Positions 21,122-31,092 of a stretch of 64,000 nt of DNA are shown here, in pieces; within the stretch, counting starts at the first letter, position 1; each line of letters opens with the position of its first letter. The stretch spans positions 1,952,001 to 2,016,000 of the forward strand of contig CAXXDV010000003.1 of assembly GCA_963674745.2 (NCBI GenBank), given 5' to 3'. Position numbers and translations under genes: made by a program. The notes beneath the pieces are model-generated. The model made no database searches and was not told where the DNA came from. It saw nothing but the letters and a program-made list of their open reading frames with translations. This DNA is from Desulfosudaceae bacterium. GTDB lineage: Bacteria; Desulfobacterota; Desulfobacteria; Desulfobacterales; Desulfosudaceae.

Positions 21122-21901
21122 TTATCGCCCCAATTTCGGTCGTAAATAAAGCCACCGCATTGCCTGGGGTCGATGCTCATAGATGCTCCCGAGTTTGTAT
21201 TTTTTTGGGATAAACCATGTTCTGTGTGACAGGGAGGGAGGAAAATTTTCAATTGTCCGGGGTTCGGAATCAATTGTTTTGATTTGATGGGTATCTGAAA
21301 ATCTATTCTTAAGTATGGATTCAATCTTAGGATGAATAAAGGCATGAAGTTCAACGAGAATATGCTTATGCCTGATGGCGGGTAGAATCTCAGGGGCCAG
21401 AAAATCCTTTTCCCCTCCTTCTACATCCAGAATCATCAATTGTTTTTCTCCGGGAACTGACTTGAGGAGTATTTCCGACAGAGCCGAGAGGGTGCAGGTT
21501 CCCTTGATGTTTATCCGATCTCGCACATTATTGATGGCGGCATTCTTTTCAATGGCAGACCGTCCGGTGGGCTTGGTTTCAAAGGCGATAACCTGTACTT
21601 TCGGATTTCGAAAAGCAAATCCAACGGCGTAGTATCCTTCGGCGGCCCCGATATTGATAATGCTGTAAAATGGTTTTTGGCATAAAGAATCGATCACCGG
21701 ATGTAATTCGATTTCATAGGTACCCAATATTAATTGACAGAACCCGCGGGACGAATTTTCAGCTGTTTTTAAAAACCGCATATCAGCAAACGGCCCTGAC
21801 ACGATAATATTTTTCGATATACCAGCGATATAGCGATTAACGAGTTCCTGCGGACGGCAAAAATCCGGCATCTTGTTTCTTATAAGTTCCACCAAGGTCA
21901 C
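21122..21901 (-). CDS. FkbM-like SAM-dependent methyltransferase
   Basis: GTYEIEL, INIGAAEGYY, LDVEGGE and LVELH. Confidence 0.8.
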   Translation of the reverse strand: MTLVELIRNKMPDFCRPQELVNRYIAGISKNIIVSGPFADMRFLKTAENSSRGFCQLILGTYEIELHPVIDSLCQKPFYSIINIGAAEGYYAVGFAFRNPKVQVIAFETKPTGRSAIEKNAAINNVRDRINIKGTCTLSALSEILLKSVPGEKQLMILDVEGGEKDFLAPEILPAIRHKHILVELHAFIHPKIESILKNRFSDTHQIKTIDSEPRTIENFPPSLSHRTWFIPKKYKLGSIYEHRPQAMRWLYLRPKLGR

Positions 21902-21943
21902 CTTTGGTTTTTTCAGACACTTTTTGTTTTTACCTTCTTGCGA

Positions 21944-22747
21944 TCATTGCTTTTTTATTGCTACCGCCAGCATCTGATCGGCCCGATACGGGAAAAGGCC
22001 CATCAGTGCATTTAAAAAATGTGCCCGCAAACGGGACGACTTCGGCAGTTTTTTTGTGACAGTCCGAATATCTTCAACCCAGAATCCTGCATCAACCAAA
22101 TATTTTGTAATTTCACTCACCGTGTATTCACGGGGATGCACACGCGGATCCATTCCCGCAACCTGATGGTTTAGTACATCCTCGGGGAACCTGCCGGCCG
22201 GATTAATACCCCGAAATAGATATCCCATATTTCTCAGATTAGCAAAATTAGGCGTGGTCATAATGAGACAACCGTTTGGTTTTAAAACAGGATAAATTTT
22301 TCTAAACAATAAGGCCGGGGACACCAGAAGATGCTCTAGTATTTCGGACGCAATGACTGCATCGAAACTGTTGTCTGGCCAAGGGATACTTTCTGTATGC
22401 AATTCACAAGGTCGGATACAAATTTTTTGGGCCTCGGCATAACGGCAGTATGCCTTAATATTATCCGGGTGTTCTATGCCGAAAACGTCAAACCCATAAT
22501 GTTGTTTCAAAACTACCGCACTCAATCCATAACCGATACCGACGTCCAATATACGCTTTCCGGGTGAATGAAAAAGGGTCATGGATATGCCATACATTTG
22601 ATGGCGGCTGATTGCGGAAGCTTTTACGCTCTCGGGAGTAACTCTTCGGCCTTTGTAATCTGCCGGTGTGTCAGAAAAAAAGGATGCCGCCCTGTCGGCA
22701 ACATCATTTATTAATATTTCTATTGTTTTTTCGTTAATCCGTTTCAT
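21944..22747 (-). CDS. Class I SAM-dependent methyltransferase
   Basis: ILDVGIGYG, SEILEHL, TTPN and HPREYT. Confidence 0.88.
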   Translation of the reverse strand: MKRINEKTIEILINDVADRAASFFSDTPADYKGRRVTPESVKASAISRHQMYGISMTLFHSPGKRILDVGIGYGLSAVVLKQHYGFDVFGIEHPDNIKAYCRYAEAQKICIRPCELHTESIPWPDNSFDAVIASEILEHLLVSPALLFRKIYPVLKPNGCLIMTTPNFANLRNMGYLFRGINPAGRFPEDVLNHQVAGMDPRVHPREYTVSEITKYLVDAGFWVEDIRTVTKKLPKSSRLRAHFLNALMGLFPYRADQMLAVAIKKQ

Positions 22748-22998
22748 CGTCTTTATTCACATGTTATTATGATTATAATATCATGGTAAGTTACTTGTAT
22801 TCAAATGATTATTGCGTTTATTGACGGCCTGTCCAGGGAGATTCTTATCTTTCAGCCTCTGCCTGGTTTTTGGGATCTATTACTCAAGCCTTGTCCTTGT
22901 TTAATTTCAAACAGGATAAAAAAATGCGATTTGCCGAAAAAACAGCAAACCGCATTCTTGAATAATTATCAGATTAATACTGATGAAACGGGCTTTAA

Positions 22999-23769
22999 CT
23001 ATTCGCCTTTAAACTCGGGATCGCGTTTCTGCATGAAGGCCATAAAACCTTCAGCGGCGTCAGCGGAGGTGGAAACCAGTTTGGTCCCTTCCAGCTCTGT
23101 CTCCAGGCCCTTATCAAAACTCCAGTCAATTCCCGTGGCAATGGCTTTTAACACGCTGGCGACGCCCAGCGGCGGGCGATTGATCAGTTTTTCCGCCATG
23201 GCCTTGGCTTCATCCATCAGCTTATCCGCCGGGCAGACCTTGTCGACCAGGCCGATATCACACGCTTCCTGGGCGGTCAACCGCTTGCTGAACAGAATCA
23301 GGTCCAGTGCCTTGGAGCGTCCCAGCAGGACGGTCATGCGTTGGGTGCCGCCCCATCCGGGGATGATCCCCAGGTTCAGCTCGGTCAGGCCGATTTTCGC
23401 CTTGGGCGCGTCAGACATCAACCGGAAATGACAGGCCATGGCCAATTCACATCCACCGCCGAAGGCAAAACCATTAATGGCGGCAATAACCGGCTTGGTT
23501 AACCGGAAAATCTTGGTCCAGACGCGCTGGCCTTCTTCACCCGCCGAAGCGGCATTGCCGGCGTCACTCACGTCAAACCCGGCGGAAAAGGATTTTTCCC
23601 CTTCTCCGGTCAGAATAATCACCCGCACGTCTTTGCTGGCTTCAAGCTCGTCAAAAGCCTTTTCAATATCATGAATCGTTGCCAGGTTTACGGAATTTAC
23701 CGGCGGATGGTTGATTTTCACGGTTGCCACGAAATTATCAATCGTGATGTTCAAATTTTCGTACGCCAT
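22999..23769 (-). CDS. Enoyl-CoA hydratase (crotonase family)
   Basis: FSAGFD, GGGCELAMAC and TELNLGIIPGWGGTQR (both catalytic Glu present). Confidence 0.93.
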   Translation of the reverse strand: MAYENLNITIDNFVATVKINHPPVNSVNLATIHDIEKAFDELEASKDVRVIILTGEGEKSFSAGFDVSDAGNAASAGEEGQRVWTKIFRLTKPVIAAINGFAFGGGCELAMACHFRLMSDAPKAKIGLTELNLGIIPGWGGTQRMTVLLGRSKALDLILFSKRLTAQEACDIGLVDKVCPADKLMDEAKAMAEKLINRPPLGVASVLKAIATGIDWSFDKGLETELEGTKLVSTSADAAEGFMAFMQKRDPEFKGE

Positions 23770-23874
23770 TTCTTTCCTCCTTTATAGTTTAATTATAATT
23801 GGTATATTCGGTTATGCGAAGCCTATTACGAAAATCCGACACAAGTCAAGACCTATTCCATGCCTACGTTTTTC

Positions 23875-23902
23875 TTGACAAGCCTGTTTTACTTTATATA
23901 GT
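23875..23902 (+). promoter_or_regulatory. Putative sigma70 promoter of the MCP gene
   Basis: TTGACA-N16-TATAGT, ending about 40 nt before the ATG. Confidence 0.5.
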
Positions 23903-23941
23903 TAACCCGGGGGTTAAAGCTAAATCACAGGGACTTTATAC

Positions 23942-25852
23942 ATGGATTCCAGAATCTTTCTTGCCCGTCTTGTCACGGTCATTCTGTCGGTTGTGACGTT
24001 TCATATACTGGGCATTGAATTTCTGATCTTTTTTGTCATGACACCGTCGCCCCAGGAATTCATGGCCATGTTACTTTATCCCCTGCCTTTAGCCCTTTCA
24101 ATCATCCTGATTTACATGGTCATCACGTTTTTTTTTATCAAACCCATCCTGCAGTTATTCAAAACCGCCGGGGATAGCACTATCCCTGATACGAACCTGG
24201 CCCGACTGGCGCAGGACCGATGCATCAACCTTTCTTATTTCCTGTCGGCCCTGTCCTTTCCCGCATACATCCTTGGGGGTACGGGCGGGGTATGGATTGT
24301 ACGAATGGCCTTTCCTCACTGGCCGCCGCATATATTGATTTACGGTTTTATGGCGGGCATAATTGCCGGGCTGCTGACCATCCCCGTTTCCGAATACGGG
24401 ACCGCCTGGGCCATAAAACCGGCCCTGGGCATGATCATGAAGAACAGCCCTGACCTGGAAAGAGCCCGTTCCGCAGGCATAAACATCCCTTTGCGTCTTA
24501 AATTCGTTATTATCGTCGTTGTAATGGTCGTCGGCATAGCCGGGTTTACGGTAATTATCAGTTACAGCCTGATCGATAAAAGTATTAATAACATGAGCCG
24601 GATTGAAACCCTTCTCCCCGCTGATACGGCATCGATGCTGGCAGACCATTCTGAAGGCTCAACCGACACCCGGATAAAGTCCTCCGCCTATTTTAATTCC
24701 CGAATGGGCAGTTTGAAGCTGTTCTACATCGGCATCATTTTTATCGGGTCACTTTTATCTCTGGCCGTTGCTTTTGCCGCAGCGGATGCGATCACCCGGC
24801 CCTTAAGCCTGTTCGGCAAAGTAGCCGAAAAAATTAAAAACGGCCGCTATAACGAAACCATAAGCATCATCAGCAATGACGAGTTCGCCGAACTGGGTGA
24901 CGCTTTTAACCGGATGACCGGTTCATTACTGTCCCACCTGCGGCAAAATCAGGCGCTTATGGACAGTATCAGTGATGCCGTCAATACGCTGAACCCCATG
25001 TCCCGTGATCTTGTCTCAATTGCAGACCTGCATGCCACCGGTAGTGTTCAGCAGGCAGCTTCAACGGAAACCGCGGATGACATTGGAAAAAAAATAACGG
25101 AAACCGCTCGACAGATCGCGGAAAACGCCTCGCATATTACCAGAAACAGCGAAAAGACCCAGGAAATTACCCGTGAGGGGCGGCAGCGACTGAGTGAAAC
25201 CAATGCCCGGCTTGAGGGAATCGCCGGCAAAATGGGGCATATTGTTGAATCGATCGATCTGCTGAAACGGCAATCCCTGGAAATCAACGATATCGTGGAA
25301 ACCATAAAAAAAATAAGCGGCAAAACGAATATCCTTTCACTTAATGCCGGTATAGAAGCCATAAAAGCAGGAGAAGCCGGCCAGCGTTTCGGAATGGTGG
25401 CCGAGGAGATTCGACTTTTGGCCCAGGGAACAGGAAAGTCGGCCAAGCGTATACGAAAAAATATTGAACAGATCCAGGAATCCGTTGTCATGGCGATCTC
25501 TTTTGCCCGGGCGGGAGAACAGTCTGTGAACGAAGGCAAAGCGGCCATGCTACAGATGACGGCCCAGTTTGAAGACATTTCCGGGGCCAACGCGGCGGCC
25601 GTCCGGAATCTGGAAAAAATCGAATCCATGACGGCTGAACAGGCGGAAACCAATGAAAAGCTAAGCCGGATACTATCCACTATCAGGCTGACCGCCCGGG
25701 AAAACGCCAGCGCTTCGGAACAAACTCACGGCTCGATAAAGAATCTGAAAAAACTGATCAACCAGTTAAAGACACATACCCGCCAGCATCAACAACAGGA
25801 AGAAGGCGTTATCGACGCAACAAGAGCCGTTAATCCTGATCTTTCCAGGTGA
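23942..25852 (+). CDS. Methyl-accepting chemotaxis protein (multi-TM N-terminus, HAMP, signalling domain)
   Basis: HAMP (DEFAELGDAFNRM) and hairpin tip TNILSLNAGIEAIKAGEAGQRFGMVAEEIRLLA. Confidence 0.93.
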   Translation: MDSRIFLARLVTVILSVVTFHILGIEFLIFFVMTPSPQEFMAMLLYPLPLALSIILIYMVITFFFIKPILQLFKTAGDSTIPDTNLARLAQDRCINLSYFLSALSFPAYILGGTGGVWIVRMAFPHWPPHILIYGFMAGIIAGLLTIPVSEYGTAWAIKPALGMIMKNSPDLERARSAGINIPLRLKFVIIVVVMVVGIAGFTVIISYSLIDKSINNMSRIETLLPADTASMLADHSEGSTDTRIKSSAYFNSRMGSLKLFYIGIIFIGSLLSLAVAFAAADAITRPLSLFGKVAEKIKNGRYNETISIISNDEFAELGDAFNRMTGSLLSHLRQNQALMDSISDAVNTLNPMSRDLVSIADLHATGSVQQAASTETADDIGKKITETARQIAENASHITRNSEKTQEITREGRQRLSETNARLEGIAGKMGHIVESIDLLKRQSLEINDIVETIKKISGKTNILSLNAGIEAIKAGEAGQRFGMVAEEIRLLAQGTGKSAKRIRKNIEQIQESVVMAISFARAGEQSVNEGKAAMLQMTAQFEDISGANAAAVRNLEKIESMTAEQAETNEKLSRILSTIRLTARENASASEQTHGSIKNLKKLINQLKTHTRQHQQQEEGVIDATRAVNPDLSR

Positions 25853-25882
25853 GCAGCGTCTGGTCCAAATCGCCGCTGAAAG

Positions 25883-26842
25883 TTATTCTTCCGGAATTAA
25901 ATCGCTTTTGGAAATACGTTTCAAAAACATGATATGACGATCAAGGTCTTTTTTGTCTTTAAACGTCAATTGAAGCGTATAAGCCGTTCCTTCAAAGTCG
26001 ATTGGCGGCATCAGCTTCGCCCCCCGACCGGGCTTTAACCCCTTTATTTTTTTTGAGAAATCCGCCTCGGCCGAGGAAAGACGAGGAAAACGTCGCGATC
26101 GAAGATAGGTGAAAAAATGTTCGCTCCTGCGGGCGCGATCAGCGTCCGGGTCAATTATTATTGTCTGATCGCTTATTTGATCAAGCAGTTGATGAAAGGA
26201 GATATCTTCTGCGGCGGTTATTTCCTCTACAAGCGTTATGGCGGCCCGCTGCTTGTTCCCACCCAGTTTCAAGTCGACAAAAAGACGGGCCATTATACCA
26301 GCCGTCTGCGTATCCAGGGAGTTGAGAAACAAGGCCGTGGAAATGGCAATCCGACCGGCTGAAACATCGTCAAAAACAGCTTCCGGCAGGGAATAAACAG
26401 CCTGAAGATTGGTTAACGCCGTAACGGTTGAAGGCAACCCCAGCCTGTTGGCATTCCGGCAAAGCTCATCCTGATTTCCAATCATCAGAGAAAGTTTGTG
26501 AATGGCCCTGGCCTGTTCACCCGGATTCAGCGGTCGCTGCCATGAATTATCGATAATCGCGATTTTAAGGCAGTCAAGATCGGTTGCCGCCTGACCCAGA
26601 AGGCGGCAGGCCGCTTCCGTTTTTTTCAATCGCTGCATGACCGCAAGGCGCCTGAAACCGGCCACCACGCGGTATGTATCACGGCCTGATTTCTGAAGAA
26701 TGGGCGATGTCAGCAGTCCGACTTCTTCAATTGACTGCTCAAGCCAGGCATCATCTTTATCGTTCTCGGTGGTAATACGATATGATCGGTCATCAAATTG
26801 GACATCGGAAAACGGCACAACGGCTTCTGAATATGAGAGCAT
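25883..26842 (-). CDS. ParB/Srx N-terminal domain protein
   Basis: SIEEVGLLTSP...VVAGFRR and DN..RPLNPGEQA. Confidence 0.8.
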   Translation of the reverse strand: MLSYSEAVVPFSDVQFDDRSYRITTENDKDDAWLEQSIEEVGLLTSPILQKSGRDTYRVVAGFRRLAVMQRLKKTEAACRLLGQAATDLDCLKIAIIDNSWQRPLNPGEQARAIHKLSLMIGNQDELCRNANRLGLPSTVTALTNLQAVYSLPEAVFDDVSAGRIAISTALFLNSLDTQTAGIMARLFVDLKLGGNKQRAAITLVEEITAAEDISFHQLLDQISDQTIIIDPDADRARRSEHFFTYLRSRRFPRLSSAEADFSKKIKGLKPGRGAKLMPPIDFEGTAYTLQLTFKDKKDLDRHIMFLKRISKSDLIPEE

Positions 26843-26849
26843 GGCCGTC

Positions 26850-27731
26850 TCAGCTGGTCAATAACCGCAGCGCCTCTTGGTATTTACGCTGTGTCACTTC
26901 GATGACATCCTGGGGAAGAGAGGGCGCCGGTGGTGTTTTATCCCAGTCTAATGAAAGCAGGTAATCCCTGACATACTGTTTGTCAAAACTTGACTGCGCG
27001 CCACCCGGCCGATAATTATCCATCGGCCAGAACCGGGATGAATCGGGCGTAAGAATCTCATCAATTAAAATCAGCCTATCGTCAACATAACCGAATTCAA
27101 ACTTGGTGTCGGCGATAATGATGCCCCGCTGTTCAGCAATCTGTACGCCTTTCTGATAAACAGCCAGGGTTAAATTTCTGACAGACTCGGCCGCCTCGCT
27201 GCCAACCACCTTAACGGCCTCTTCAAATGAGATATTGATATCATGTTCACCCACTTCAGCCTTGGTGGATGGTGTGAAAATAGGTTCCGGCAAACGGTCG
27301 GACTCGCTCAAACCTTCGGGCAGTGCGATACCGCAGATCGTACCGTTTTTTTGATAATCCTTCCAACCGGAACCGGAGATATACCCTCTGACCACACATT
27401 CAATGGCCAGGGGACGGGCTTTTTTAACCAGCATGCTCCTTCCGTCAAGGACTTCAGCGTACGGCCGGCAAATATCAGGATAATCCTCAACATGGCTGGT
27501 AATAAGGTGATTATCAACCAGATCACGCATCTGGTCAAACCAGAATAGTGATATCTGTGTTAAGGTTTTACCTTTATCCGGAACAGGGTCCGGTAGAATA
27601 ACATCAAAAGCCGACAATCTGTCGGTTGCAACAATCAGCAATTTATCATCCAGATCGTACACATCACGCACTTTGCCCCGCTTTAAAAGCGGCAGGCCCG
27701 GAAAATCTGTCTGGTATACCGGTGAACTCAT
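26850..27731 (-). CDS. purC: SAICAR synthetase
   Basis: [21 protein letters not shown] and TPDSSRFW. Confidence 0.97.
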   Translation of the reverse strand: MSSPVYQTDFPGLPLLKRGKVRDVYDLDDKLLIVATDRLSAFDVILPDPVPDKGKTLTQISLFWFDQMRDLVDNHLITSHVEDYPDICRPYAEVLDGRSMLVKKARPLAIECVVRGYISGSGWKDYQKNGTICGIALPEGLSESDRLPEPIFTPSTKAEVGEHDINISFEEAVKVVGSEAAESVRNLTLAVYQKGVQIAEQRGIIIADTKFEFGYVDDRLILIDEILTPDSSRFWPMDNYRPGGAQSSFDKQYVRDYLLSLDWDKTPPAPSLPQDVIEVTQRKYQEALRLLTS

Positions 27732-27748
27732 TCGATTAAAACCGTCCT

Positions 27749-28105
27749 TTATTCAGTTTTTGCCTGATGCCTGGTAAAAGCATCAATATATTTTTTGATG
27801 ATCCGTTGCGTGTTTTCATCCGGAGCAACAAACTCGATTCCTGACTGCCACCGATCTTTTTCGCCCTGCTTGCTGTATACCACCTTACCTATGACATCCG
27901 TGAGGTCTTCCTGAAAACCGATGGACAGAACTACCGCATATTGGGTTTCAATAGGCACATGGGTTTCCAGCAGAATACCGCCTTCGCTGACATTCAACGT
28001 TCTGCCCATCCCCTGGGTGACCTTTTCCTGATTATCATCCACACAAAAATAAGAGAGCAAATTCAGTGAATCAACCCGCTCGTGCTTTCTTTGATGCTCT
28101 GACAT
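27749..28105 (-). CDS. Stand-alone PilZ domain protein
   Basis: RKHER (RxxxR) and NVSEGG (D/NxSxxG) c-di-GMP motifs. Confidence 0.9.
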   Translation of the reverse strand: MSEHQRKHERVDSLNLLSYFCVDDNQEKVTQGMGRTLNVSEGGILLETHVPIETQYAVVLSIGFQEDLTDVIGKVVYSKQGEKDRWQSGIEFVAPDENTQRIIKKYIDAFTRHQAKTE

Positions 28106-28120
28106 AATGAACGACCCGCC

Positions 28121-29281
28121 TTATTGTTTTTTTTCAATATTAAGTGCGATATCCGTTGTAGCTGCAATAAAATTGGAAAAATTTTCAACCATATTGGCCA
28201 TTGTTCCGGATAATCGGCTATGTTCCTGGGCCAGAGCGTTTGTGTCCAGGGCATCCATTTCAAGGTCCTCGGTGCCATAAACAGCTGCAGAGTCAGGCTC
28301 ATGGCCGATATTTAAAAACGGTATCCGGCCGACGAAATCATTTGGGCCGAGTTCACAAAACACCAGTTGTCCCTGGGGCAACTTTTTCACGATAAAGGCT
28401 TTTCCATGGCGAATGGAAAACAGCTTCTTTTTTTCACTTCCTTCCTTGATGATCAGCTTTTTATCTTTCAGTTTTTTCTGGGCTTCCTGCATATTCTTTT
28501 TACTGGATAAAGCCAGATCCGTTACCTGCTTCAACCGGTTATCAAGGCTTAACAAAACATTTTTAAATTCCGCCGAGAAAGTTGAAAACTCATGGCTCAG
28601 CCGCTGCCGGTCAAGAACCCCCAGGATAACACGGTCAGAGGCAACCGCACTGGCGCTGCGGACATAACCCTCTGCGGAAAAAGAAGACATGCTGCCGATA
28701 AAAGATCCCGCACCCACATTCAGCAGAGGTGCCATGCCCTCTGCCGTTTCTTTGCAGATCTTTATCTTTCCTTCAAGAATAACCCAGATCCAGACACCAT
28801 GTTTCCCCTCATTTACAATAGGCTGACCGTCCTGATACTCCTCTTCAGCCACCACATCCATATAATCAATCATCGGCCCCCGGATCAATGGTAAGGGGTC
28901 CTTGCCGGGTTCTTTCCCGTCGATATCAACACTGACAGCCCCTTTAACTTCGATATTACCGTCGTCAAGAAGCCTCAAACCTTCCAGAATAATTTCCATC
29001 CGGCTGCTCTTGATGATATGCTTGACGTCGACTGTCTGCCTGACGAATTCAAAGTCACCTTCTGTCCAGCCGAAAAGCGCGTAAAGTGCTTCGAGCCCGT
29101 TTTGAGCACCTGCCGTCGCGTTGATCGGGTTTCCCTCTCTGAAATAAATCAACCCCGGATTTTCGACATATTTGCTGATGATACGAAGCATGCCGGTGCT
29201 GCCGTTAGAGCCGATAAGCTGGATAAGCTCACCCAGGTTGAGATATTCTAAATCACCGGAAAAAACAACGCCACTTTGCAT
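28121..29281 (-). CDS. DUF4388 (PatA_N-like) domain plus two cyclic-nucleotide-binding-fold domains
   Basis: FSGDLEYLNLGELIQL...W.EGDF.F N-terminus, followed by two cNMP-like repeats (EG..G...VILEG...RSASA). Confidence 0.82.
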   Translation of the reverse strand: MQSGVVFSGDLEYLNLGELIQLIGSNGSTGMLRIISKYVENPGLIYFREGNPINATAGAQNGLEALYALFGWTEGDFEFVRQTVDVKHIIKSSRMEIILEGLRLLDDGNIEVKGAVSVDIDGKEPGKDPLPLIRGPMIDYMDVVAEEEYQDGQPIVNEGKHGVWIWVILEGKIKICKETAEGMAPLLNVGAGSFIGSMSSFSAEGYVRSASAVASDRVILGVLDRQRLSHEFSTFSAEFKNVLLSLDNRLKQVTDLALSSKKNMQEAQKKLKDKKLIIKEGSEKKKLFSIRHGKAFIVKKLPQGQLVFCELGPNDFVGRIPFLNIGHEPDSAAVYGTEDLEMDALDTNALAQEHSRLSGTMANMVENFSNFIAATTDIALNIEKKQ

Positions 29282-29299
29282 GGTCTAATCTCTTTAGCC

Positions 29300-29914
29300 C
29301 TATTCCGCCCATTTCAATTGTTTCTGAAGGCTCTGCAAGGTGAGCCGCATACAGGCTTGCAATGTCGGGCCGACGCCATCACCATTCAGTGCGCTGCCTT
29401 CAAAGGCAGGCACTTTAAGCTGCCGGTTTAAATCTTTATCCATTTGCTCGATGGACATGATGGGAATACCGTCTTTGGCCAGATCGCGTTTATTGTATTG
29501 AAGGACCAGGGGAACTTTAAATATGCTTAAATTGTATTCCTTCAGATTCTTCTGAAGGTCCTTAAGAGAAAGCATATTTTTCTCTCTGCGGATATCCATG
29601 GAATCCGCGACAAAAACAATACCGTCCGCCCCTTTTAAAACAAGCTTTCGGGTAGAGCTGTACTGGACCTGACCGGGAACGGTAAAAAGTTGAACCCGGA
29701 CATCACACCCTTTAATTTTGCCCAGATCCATGGGAAGAAAATCAAAGAAAAGCGTTCGGTCTCCTTCGGTATCAATGGAGACCATCTCTCCCTTGACCTG
29801 TTTTTTATATGCCTTGAAGATATATTCGAGGTTGGTAGTTTTACCGCCTCGGCCGGGCCCGTAATAAACTATTTTGCACTCGATTTCACGCTTATTAATA
29901 TTAAAAACAGCCAT
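29300..29914 (-). CDS. mglA: MglA-family small GTPase
   Basis: YYGPGRGGKTTN, DRTLFFDFLP, TVPGQ and NKRD. Confidence 0.93.
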   Translation of the reverse strand: MAVFNINKREIECKIVYYGPGRGGKTTNLEYIFKAYKKQVKGEMVSIDTEGDRTLFFDFLPMDLGKIKGCDVRVQLFTVPGQVQYSSTRKLVLKGADGIVFVADSMDIRREKNMLSLKDLQKNLKEYNLSIFKVPLVLQYNKRDLAKDGIPIMSIEQMDKDLNRQLKVPAFEGSALNGDGVGPTLQACMRLTLQSLQKQLKWAE

Positions 29915-30067
29915 AACGGTATCAATAGCCCCTGGGACGAATCCGGTTTCAGTAACGCTTTATCATAGTGCACTTATCTGTATTGTGTAAATATAACATA
30001 TTTACAACATCATGCAAAAAAATAAAACGCTTTTTTTATAAATTAATGAATGATAGTAATAAAGAGA

Positions 30068-30952
30068 TTACAAGCTGTCAATCTTTATATCCATGCTGTA
30101 ATCACCTTCTTTGGGACCAGAGGCAATTTTTGTCTTGGAGACAATTTCTCCGGAGCCTCTGAAAATGGCGATGGGGGAGTAGAAATGGACATCGTCCAGG
30201 CGGGCACCTTCTTCAAGATCTTTGATACGTTCTTCATCAGATTTATCGATAATTAAACTGACGACATTGCCGGATTGGAAACTGACGTCAAGCTCCAACT
30301 GGTCGCCATTAGCCAGGGTAATGGCAACCGCACTGATATCCAGAAAGTCGCTATCATCAACAGTGGCGCCACCGGTAATTGCTTCTGAACGGGCAGCGCC
30401 TTTTTCATCCCATTTTTTATCCAGGATATCTTCAAAAAACGTTTTGACTTTTTTTAAATCATCTTCTGAAAAAAGGTTGTCACTTTTCCATTCGGTGAGT
30501 TGGGAAAAGGCTTCATCGGAAGACTTATAGGCAATCAGACATCGGAGAATGTTCTTGGCTGCCGCGACTCGCTGGGAGTCAATTTCAAGCAAACGGCGAA
30601 ATTCTGCGATGGCATCGTTGTACTGACCGAATTTCGCAAGTGCGACAGCCCCCTCCAGTTCTGCGGCGTGTGCGTCATTATCAGCAGATTGAGCAAAAAG
30701 ATTTCTGATCAACTGGTTGACCTCTGCTGACATCTGGGGATTATCGGAAGCCCCCTCTACTTTGACAATGCTGCTTTGAACCTTATCAATTTTTTTGGAT
30801 ATGTTTTTAAGCAGTTTTTCACGGTTGGGAAGCTGTTTACTCTTTTGAATAATCTTTTTTACACGTTCATATGTCGCCCGGGATTCATTAAACAGCCCCT
30901 GGGAACGATAAAGTTCAGCCTGCTGTAAAAGAGATTTAATTTTGTCCCGCAT
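30068..30952 (-). CDS. TPR-like helical protein with a C-terminal beta-rich (possibly degenerate PilZ-like) domain
   Basis: AELYRSQGLFNES and ALAKFGQYNDAIAEF TPR-like helices; alternating hydrophobic beta pattern at the C-terminus. Confidence 0.55.
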   Translation of the reverse strand: MRDKIKSLLQQAELYRSQGLFNESRATYERVKKIIQKSKQLPNREKLLKNISKKIDKVQSSIVKVEGASDNPQMSAEVNQLIRNLFAQSADNDAHAAELEGAVALAKFGQYNDAIAEFRRLLEIDSQRVAAAKNILRCLIAYKSSDEAFSQLTEWKSDNLFSEDDLKKVKTFFEDILDKKWDEKGAARSEAITGGATVDDSDFLDISAVAITLANGDQLELDVSFQSGNVVSLIIDKSDEERIKDLEEGARLDDVHFYSPIAIFRGSGEIVSKTKIASGPKEGDYSMDIKIDSL

Positions 30953-31092
30953 TGTTACAGCGTACCCTCTATGTCAACAATATTATTGATAAAAGTTCAA
31001 TCGACCGCATACTTTGACTATCATGAATGTTCTTTTATATCAACTAAATATATGTATTGTCAATATATTAGATACCAACATAGGGAAACACA

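Noticed and set aside
21121..21354. 78-aa N-terminal extension of Wzx given in the ORF track
   Set aside because: It overlaps the upstream methyltransferase gene; the ATG at 21120 fits the family start.
22805..23431. 208-aa plus-strand ORF and similar long antisense ORFs (e.g. 40268-41014, 58847-59635, 61468-62331)
   Set aside because: They are shadows of well-supported genes on the opposite strand and carry no recognisable motifs.
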